From Lingula anatina (taxonomy: Eukaryota; Animalia; Brachiopoda): 64,000 nucleotides of DNA. The translations under genes and the position numbers were made by a program. The DNA is taken from assembly GCA_051362555.1 (NCBI GenBank), contig CM120640.1:40526788-40590787 (forward strand), read 5' to 3'. Positions 55,107 through 64,000 of this stretch are shown here, piece after piece. A model generated the notes under the pieces. That model ran no database searches, had not been told where the DNA came from, and saw nothing but the letters and a program-made list of their open reading frames with translations. How positions within the stretch are numbered: position 1 is the first letter of the stretch; each line of letters opens with the position of its first letter.

Positions 55107-56063
55107 TTAGATTTTAGTGTGGTTTTTATAGAGTACCTTGTTTTTTTTTTGGGGGGGGGGGCGTTCATTTTTTAAATATGACTGTTAGGGGAAAATTGAA
55201 AAAAAAAAACAAAAAAAAAAAACAAAAAAAAAAACAAAAAAAAAACAGAAAAATACCCTAAGGTAAAGAAACCAGACAAATATTTGTCTAATTAATTTTT
55301 GTCTTTATTTCATACAGTATATAGTATTGTCCAATTTTAAAGCAATCACTTTTAATGCAGTAACATCACAAGATATGTACAGACTATTACGTTCAAGCAG
55401 TCATCTCAACAATCATAGTACTTCTGAAAGCAATTTTTGTACAACCCTGATACCCTGATAAAGAGTATTTTTCACTTTCAGTAATATCTATTAGAAAATT
55501 ATAAGAAAAAAAATTAAAAATTAAATTTGGTACATAAGAACAATTTCTATGCCTCAAATTCTAATATCATGTAAGTCTTTGAATGAAATCAATGTTAAAA
55601 CCAATAAATATACAAGTCAGTCAGAACTGAGAAGTTCTTTTGGGGTCTAATTCAAGTACTTTTGCACCATTTTCCATTAAAATCAATCATTTAACAGCAT
55701 CATTTCTACAGAAATCCAACATTGCCTTCCAAGTATTTATCATAAAAAATTTAAGAAAGCTTATACTATATAAATCTTTTCAAAATTGGTAAGAAGATGA
55801 TGCATGATAAAAACGTGACCAATCCATTCTGACGCATCTCCTATAATTACCCTTAATGGTTTTGTAATAAATAAATGAACTCATAAATAACTAAATAAAT
55901 ATCACTATAAAATGATTGATAAGACATTTAGCATTTTTATGTAGTTTTTAAAAAATTTTTATGTATATATATTAATAGGCATGAACCTGCATGATCATAA
56001 TTACAATGTGCAAGATGACACAGCTACTTCCCTCTTTATAGGCTATTATTATCATTATTACTA

Positions 56064-57814
56064 TTATGCTTGGGAATAGAGTGGATTTTCAAATGCATCG
56101 TCACTAGATCCTGGTGAACCAATACTCAAGGAATTATCATTTTTCGAATAACTAACATTTGCTGGATTATCAAAGGCTATGCTTCCACCTGCTGTGTTTG
56201 TTTTCAGTCCCTGTAGTTTTCCAGAACGATAGAAGTAAAACAAGGCAAAGACAGCAATCAGCACCACGGCTAGTGTTCCTATGACAATCCCTGCCACTTC
56301 CCCAACTGACACAGAAGCAGGACTTGGGACGGGAGCAACCTGAGCTTCTGGTGTGGAGTCCACTTGAGCTGATATTAAACCAAAAAATAAGGGCATAATA
56401 TATGGACCTGGACTGAGAACATTTTAACCTTTAATAGTTTTACTGACTTATTATGGATTATTATAAGGATATTGCTACAAATTCTCACACTGAACATTAA
56501 TACTCATGTATTAATTAAATGAACAACTACAGAGAATATAGCCATCTGGTTTGCCCCACAGTGAACACAAGATCTTCAGAACCTTCAAATTGGTATTATC
56601 AACCATCATCTCTTCAAATGGTAATTTTAAGTATTAAAATCCTTACGTTGATTTCCATTGTTTCCTGGGTTCACATTTACTCCACAGCTTCTGTCTCCTG
56701 GAGGACACGGGGTGGTACTGGGGCCTGCTGTGCTTGTTGAGCCATTGACTCCTCCATTAGCATCCACTGCTTCTCCTGGTAAGGTGGACAGGGTGGAAGT
56801 TACTGGACCAGCCACACCAACAGGAAGGGTGCTCAGGGCAGATACACTGACTGTAATAGCAAATTTATTATTTTATCAGTCAAATTTTTTCCAGCAGAAT
56901 GAACAGCTTTTTTAAGACTGAGGTTTTAATCAAGGTTTTAATCAGTTTCATAATATTGTGCATGTTATTAAAAAAAACAGTGTCACTGATATACTTACAA
57001 ATGATGTAAAATAAAAATTGTAAGAAAAAACAAGGCAGCAAAGCTGTCAAATGTACAGACAAAAAACATATATATATATAATAGTACTGTCAGTCAACAC
57101 TGAATTTTAATCATGCACAACAGGTAACATGGTCAATAACAGGGGCGGACCCTGAGATATTTTCTGACAGTATTCCAAAGTATCTATGTTGATCCATCCT
57201 CCATTTTGATGGTCTTCCAACAGAAAAAAATAGGTACCAGTCAATATAAACTTAATAACCTGACTGTCTTCCGGAAGACCCAGAAGATGGTCTCAATCCA
57301 CCCCTTCAATAAGATTACAGTTTCAGGACAATGAGAGACCAAAGTCACATGATGAAAGTCTCAATATTTGAAAAATGATGACAGTGCATAAAATAATATT
57401 ACATAATGTTTAAAGACATAAAAAACAATACAATTGCTTATGTGGAAATACAGAAAATGTGCAGAGCCTTGAGCGGATGAGAGCTAAAAGTCACAAATGC
57501 AAGTGTTTGAGAAAAAATTGTAAAGGAAAACATAACAAAACTAGAAAACCACCGAGAATGCAGACCTCTGCCAAGGCAGCAATTGTTGATCATTATTGAT
57601 TATTGATTGATTATTGAGAAAGACCACCACTAAAAACTAAGCATTGTCCTCTTTGGCCCAATTCTGACAGTTCCTGAAAATTTCAGCAAAATCGGTCCAT
57701 AACTTTTTGAGTTATGTTGATGACAGACAAACAGGGGTGAAAATATAGCCTCCTTGGCAGAGCCTGAGGTAAATATAATTCCAATGAAGCTGCTATTCAA
57801 ACTTTTAATCTTCG

Positions 57815-57879
<65 letters not shown>

Positions 57880-60800
57880 ACCTGCATAATTATCACTGCT
57901 TCCTTATTATTAATCTAGCAGAGAGCTTAACTTTTGGGAGTTTAATGGCCTATCAATTAGGCAAATTTAATGGCCTATCAATTAGGCAAATGATTTTATA
58001 ACTCAGACTTTAGCTAAGTGATACCCAAGGGATATTAACAGACTGAACCTCTCAAAGGTCTTTCAGGCCCATAAGTCACATCTTAAGAAAAGCACAAAAC
58101 AATAATGCACAAAATAGGAGACTACCAATTCTGATGCAATGATACATTATGTTTTACTGCACAGTCAACATCAAATTTTAATTATGCACAACAGGTAACA
58201 CCAACGAAAGTAAAAGCATAAGGCTTCAGGCCCATCAGAGTTCAAGTTTTTACTTAGAAAGTGCCAGAATGAGAAAAATGAAAATTTCACACAAAATTGC
58301 ATAAATTCAATAATAAATGATAACCCAATTGACCTGGCTTTCTAATTTGAACTGCATGCCAATCCTAAAAATCATACTTGTAAGTTAAAAATAATAATAA
58401 GTAACACAGTTTTCTTTTCAGAATGTTTGCAGTAGCAGTGCAAAAAGAATGTTGTCAATTTTGATGTAACATTACATAATAAATTATAGAATAATTATCA
58501 CCAATTTTTGATTATTGACTATATATATATTTAGCATGTACATGTAGAAAATTTGATTACCATTCGGCTTCATGTCCATGGGAGCTCCGAGTCCCACAAT
58601 GAATATGCCAAAAAGATAATGAATATTTCACTCAAATGTATAACTTCCAGAAAAAGAAGCCAATTAGACTGCTTTTCCAACTCATTCTGCATTTTAGTCC
58701 AGTGTTTCTTTTTTAAAGGTTTGACAGTCATAAGCGACACAGTTTTCCCATAATGGTCATCATGGCAGCAGCACCAAAAATTGTGTTTTCTTCTATATTG
58801 ATGCAACATTACATAATGCTTAACAGCATAATGACCATCAATTTTTAATAATAGAATATTAGTAACATGAACATTCAGAAAATGTGACAAACAAAGGTCT
58901 GCAGGCTCATGGAACTACAAAGTCACACCTTGAAAATGCCAATATGTGAAAAATTAAATTTTCACAAAAAACTGTTTAACTGCCAGAAAAAATTACCAAA
59001 CAGACTGCATTGCCTAATGAAGCTGTATTTTAGTCCCATGTTTCTTTCCTGTAAGTTTGAAAACAGTAAGTGACATGGTTTTTCTTAAATGGTCATCATG
59101 GGAGCAGTGCCCAAAATAGGGGTTTCTTCAAATTTTGATGCAATATTACATAATGTTTAACAGCATAATGACCATCAATTTTTAATAATAGAATATTAGT
59201 AACATGAACATTCAGAAAATGTGACTAGCAAAGGTCTGCAGGCTCATGGGACTTCAAAGTCACACCTTGAAAATGCCAATATGTAAACAAGACAGCACTG
59301 TTCTGAAATGGGTTTATTTCCATTTTTAACACTTTTTAAACATAAAACAAAATAAATATTTTACTGCCATTTTTATATGACCAACTAAGAAAATTGATGA
59401 GATGGGAAAAATATCAATAGAACAGTGTTAAATGTCCAATTTCCTCCATTCTGAGATTCTGAACATAGTGGATGATTGAATCTGACAAACTGTAATGATA
59501 TGAGTTTATTTCCATTTTTGACACTTTATTACACAATACACGATAACAAGTTTACCATCATTTTTACATAATCAACTAACAATGTTGTAAAGATGCAGGA
59601 AATATCAAACAAACACATTTATGTATCTTATTAGTTTAATAATGAGACTGTTAACATGCCTAAGAATTGAATCTGAGGAAATGTGAAAAAACAGCATAAC
59701 TTCTAAAATAAAGGCCCGATTATGCTGATTTTCGAACTCAACCTGCGTTTTAGTAAGTTTGACTACTCCTGGGAGTAAAATGACAATTGACCTATCTGTT
59801 TTTTTTATATTGTGTTATCAGTGTTGCATATATGTTGAAAAAAGTGAAAAAACAGCGTAACTTCCCTAAAAATGACCCGATCATGCTGATTTTCGAACTT
59901 GACCTGCGTATTATGAATATTCATCAGTTTTGTAAGTTTCAATCAAAAAAGTAAAATGGTTTCCCACTTATCATGTTATCGGTGCTGCATATATGCTGAA
60001 AAAAGTGAAAAAACAGCATAACTTCCCTAAAAATGGCCCGATCATGCTGCTTTTCGAACTTGACCTGCGTATTATGAATATTCATCAGTTCTGAAAGTTT
60101 CAAGCCAAAAGGAAAAACAGTTTTCCACTTATCGTGTTATTGGTAAAAGTGCACGACGGCGACGACGGCGATGACGGCAACGACGACAGATGCAGGTGAT
60201 GGCTATATGTACAGACACATCTGTGTCTGTACATAAAAACAGCCTAGAAGTTGACATTGGAACTCACTTCTCCATATATATAATATTAAATATTCCATGA
60301 AAATTATGTAAAATAGTCTTACTTTGTGATGTCTTGCAAACATAACCTCTCTTGTTAAAGCAGTTGAGGTCATTCCACTTTCCTGATCGCACCAATTCCA
60401 TGCAGTTTTCACGCTCATCACTATCAGGTGCACGATAGTCATTCGGCTCACCATCATTCCAGTTCACATAATCTAGAGGTTCTCCACTCTTCCAGCCCCA
60501 ACCACCTACAGACAGCAAAATGTGTATGTGTTAAGAAAGTCATTGAAAACCATCCATACATGTCACAAATACATTACATTATGAATAAAACATTTTGAAG
60601 ATGATGAATGAGTATGTGTAAAGTTGCAGTAAAGTTAATTGAAGACTGTAGGAGATGGTCACCAAAAACTGCATAATGTTTTATTTATAATAATAATTTT
60701 AAAGATAACCAAACATTAAAGGCAGTAATTAAATAAAGGATTTCAGGGAGCAGAACTAAGCACATGCTAACATCTTCATATGCATAAAATTAAAACTGGG

Positions 60801-63731
60801 GCTGATAAAGATAACATTCACAGACAGTAAGACAGACTGACAGAAGAACAATACCATTCCAGTATAGGGAGATTGATCCATAATTTTCTTTGCCTCGTAC
60901 CTTTCAAGTCTTTGACGAGTCCTCCCCATGAGCTCCCTGTTGTTTTAACTGAGAAATGTGCCACAACAAAACTGGTCTCATCTTCACTATGTAAAGTAAT
61001 TAGTTTGCCATTAAGTCGAGAACACTCATAATCAGCCTCTGACCAGCTACGAGAAGCATCTGTCCTGAAGAGGTAGCAGTAGCCATTGCTGTAGGGTACC
61101 CAGTCTGCTGTGTCGGGGCAGGTGCCATTCATGGGAGGCAGGGTGTATGGTGGCTGGTCTGAAATGGTCAAGTGCAGATTATGTTTAGCTTCTAAATCTT
61201 ATACCTTATCATTTTAATCTTTTCATATAGTTTGGTATACAGCTCTAATATGCTAAGATTTAAAATATGTTTGTGAAGAAGTTTCTATGAATAAAATAAT
61301 AAATAAACATAGTGAAGGTTACCTGGATCAAGGAATTCAAAGGCTCCTGGCCATGCCCCATAACTAAAAAACATGAGATTATTTCATTACATCAAAAGAA
61401 ACCCCATACTGATGTCAATGTACTGAAAATTATACATTATGAACTAAACTGTTGTGTATAGAAATTGTCATTATTCAAATGACTAAAATGACACATCCAA
61501 ATAGCAAATGAGATCTTAGTACACTTAAACATTGATTTTTTTTTTTAACCTTTTGCTCGTGATGCCATTTTTCACTGATCCACTGAAGCGTGTTCCTCCC
61601 CTGGTTTTGGATATAGTCACCTGTCCACCAGAAGCTGGTATACGGCCATCATGGATAGCAGCCCGGCAGATGGAAGAATCCTAATCCAAGAAAAACATGA
61701 ATCATTTTTTGTCAAACTTTGTGTTACATAGACCTTCATAAAATACCTTTCATTTTTAATTCATTCATTTGTTTTTTTATTTATTATTATTTCTCATTTT
61801 GTAAAAAACAAATTTAGATGTACCACATACAAGATTTGAAAGTCTATCCTCTTCCTAACAAAATCAATCAATCAATAAATTAACATCTCAAACAAATCAT
61901 CTCAAATCATCTATCAAAAAGGAGAGAATGTTTATACAGTTGACACATTATCACCAAATGTTTGTTCCAATATTAGGTCAATGTATATTGTCAAACAAAG
62001 CTTATTACCATATATTGTCATTACTTACGTCTGTGTAAACTCCCGTGCCCCACACTGAGGCAGTGGAAGCAGAACATCCAGATGGACATTGGAATCTGGA
62101 ACAGACAACACAGTATGCTCTAAATTAATGCTACAGAATGCAATAAATTAATTATTATTTTCAGTTTCTTTAAGTAATAGCTATATTGTTCAACCAATGT
62201 CTTTGGTGATCTATAGTTACTACCAATGTTGATATAGTCTTTACATAAAGCTTTTTAGTCAGCATGAAACTGTATTATTTGTCAATAATAAATAAAACAA
62301 AAGATGAAATAATTTAATGACCACATATAGTCAAGGTTTTTTTACTGACTAAGACATCAAGTTTTTCTTTTTCATTTAAATCAACTTTTTGAAAGAGCTG
62401 TGTATTTTAATTGGTGTCTCAATCTTCTCCAATAACTGAATATGAAAAATACCAGTTTCAACAACTGATCTATGACATATCCTTCATTTGTAATTAATAC
62501 TATGCTACCATTAATAAACCAAAAGTCACTTCAAAAGCATATTTGTCTACTTTTTCAACAATAAGCATGTCATCACTATTGATGTATGTGTACACTTAAA
62601 AGGTTCTACATTTAAATTACATGTTTAAACCACATCTACAAGCTTTAAACTGTACAATGTGATACTGCTGAGAAAGATAAATAGTTCAAACTCTCCAACT
62701 TACGAACAGATGGCACTGGAGCAGGCTTTGTCTGCTGTGTTGGCACACGTGGCTGGTACAGTAGCACCTTAATATCAGGACAAAAATATACAAATGAAAT
62801 AAAATTTCAGTTATCGGTCACTTTTCCTAATATATATACAAAGTTTAGTTTTTCATATATAATACATTTTTGGAATAATGCTATCATCTTGAGAAGAGTG
62901 ACATTGTCCAATTCACAGTATTCTTTTTCTTTTTGCAATAATATACATGCTGCTGTACTAAATCAGATGATGTAGTATATGTGTAATGAAATAAATCAAG
63001 TACTATTACCTTATAACATTTGGAGTACTTTATGATTTCATAAGTCCATCCTCATTACAATCAAACATGGCCGTTTGCTCACCTGTACTCTTGCATACAA
63101 AACTGAGCTGTTGGTTGCAGGCAACATCACTCCACTTGCCACTGTTATTGAACATGACACAGCCCTCAGTAGGAGTCTTTTCAGATGGCTCATTGGTATC
63201 CCAGTTGGTGTAGAGTACAGGACGCTGATCAGCCCAGGAATAACGCTAAAAAAAATAAAGTTCTCCTTCAAATATAAGATTTGTTCACACTCTTTAATAT
63301 TTCATTTGCCTTCAATCATATCCCAATTTCAATGAAGATCAAAGACTACTATTGCAAATTTTCAGTTCACAAATGAAAATGTCAATTGATATTTAAGAGT
63401 TGTCCTTCTTATGAGGTACACCTCATTATTTACATATCCAGCGTAAATTAAAACATGAAAGTAGGAATACTTACATGGTCCAGTCTCCCTACATGTAAGC
63501 CAAGCCACAAGGGCCTAGAATACTTGACAATACTGTTTTTGTAGCTATAAATGAATCCCTGCTCAAATATGCTGGTAATTGAAGTCAGAGTTCCTTGGCG
63601 GTTTTTACACTCAGCATTGGCCTGGTCCCATCCCATTGCCTGCTGGACCACAAGATAGCAACTCTGGCCGTAAGGGTACCAGCCATCAGCACATGCCTTC
63701 TGGGAGGGTGTAGACACAGGCCATTTTGAAT
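56064..63731 (-). CDS. 3' part of a mannose-receptor-like type I membrane C-type lectin receptor (CTLD, LCCL, CTLD, S/T/P stalk, TM, NPxY tail); 5' end lies beyond the window
   Basis: Exons 63731-63475 and 63245-63083 (CTLD); 62767-62704, 62095-62029, 61680-61550, 61363-61323 (LCCL: CPSGC...VWGTGVYTDDSSICRAAIHDG...NGITS); 61158-60901 and 60505-60323 (CTLD with GEPND...ENC...WND); 56850-56647 (stalk); 56368-56064 (TM VAGIVIGTLAVVLIAVFALFYFY; tail FDNPAN...FENPLYSQA*). Phases are compatible at every junction. Confidence 0.9.
57539..57772 (+). mobile_element. Short Helentron/HINE-like non-autonomous element
   Basis: Starts AACTAGAAAA; subterminal inverted pair CTCTGCCAAGG (57566-57576) / CCTTGGCAGAG (57752-57762); core AAATTTCAGCAAAATCGGTCCATAACTTTTTGAGTTATG; GACA-type microsatellite seed before the 3' end. 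Confidence 0.65.
57817..57876. repeat. (TA)n microsatellite
   Basis: Direct read. Confidence 0.95.
57941..57990. repeat. 25-bp tandem duplication
   Basis: TTTAATGGCCTATCAATTAGGCAAA twice. Confidence 0.85.
58400..59285. repeat. Diverged tandem repeat of about 335-bp period (two clear copies, one degenerate upstream copy)
   Basis: ATGGTCATCATGG...CAGCATAATGACCATCAATTTTTAATAATAGAATATTAGTAACATGAACATTCAGAAAATGTGAC...CACACCTTGAAAATGCCAATATGT at ~58753 and ~59089; degenerate copy at ~58400-58555. Confidence 0.8.
59650..60238 (+). mobile_element. HINE/DINE-like (Helentron-associated) element with three internal 161-bp tandem repeats
   Basis: Units GTGAAAAAACAGC...GATTTTCGAACTTGACCTGCGT at 59683, 59844 and 60005; (GAC/GGC)n microsatellite at ~60153-60190; 3' hairpin TATGTACAGACAC-ATCT-GTGTCTGTACATA (60206-60235) followed by an A run. 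The 5' boundary is approximate. Confidence 0.78.
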
Positions 63732-64000
63732 CTGAAGTATGGTAGTGATTAAAATGTATGGGTATCATCTGTACACCATTACGTAGAGATTTTCTCAAAA
63801 ACTGTAAAGTTAATTAATCAAACAAAACCCTTGCAAAAAAAAAAAGAAAAAACTGTAAAACTTTTTTTCTAAATGGCTTATAGATGAAAAAAGTTCAAAA
63901 TGAGCTAGGAATATACTTTTCATTAATTTTGTTATTTTGTTTTATGCTTTTTTTCACATCTATTGCCATCTTTTCTTTAATTTTATATATTCTGTAATAA

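Noticed and set aside
1-64000. tRNA, rRNA, snoRNA, autonomous transposase or reverse transcriptase, prokaryotic systems
   Set aside because: None recognised by eye. tRNAscan-SE or Infernal would be needed to exclude small intronic RNAs.

Overview
This is AT-rich, intron-containing animal genomic DNA, probably from a marine invertebrate such as a lophotrochozoan (taxon inferred from gene and repeat content only). The supplied ORF track is unspliced and mostly shows exon fragments or antisense shadows. Manual splice reconstruction gives five genes. (1) A small 2-coding-exon type II membrane protein of about 192 aa on - (3114-4350). (2) An 11-exon pancreatic-lipase-family gene on + (9063-14543, 522 aa). 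(3) A 38-exon secreted mosaic protein of about 2278 aa on - (17171-47930): signal peptide, N-glycosylated spacer, PAN/apple, EGF, 2 TSP1, SRCR, 29 TSP1 and a CNTNAP/neurexin-IV-type fibrinogen-like domain. It includes 27 consecutive exons of exactly 165 nt, all phase 1-1, several with weak GC donors or AAG acceptors. (4) SNRNP27 on - (49456-53480, 165 aa). (5) The 3' part of a mannose-receptor-like C-type lectin receptor with an embedded LCCL domain on - (56064 to beyond 63731). Introns and intergenic DNA hold several MITE-like palindromes, two Helentron/HINE-like elements, local tandem duplications and microsatellites. The best candidate for an undescribed system is the modular TSP1 exon array, which could yield variable-length isoforms. 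All coordinates were read by eye and no database search was run.
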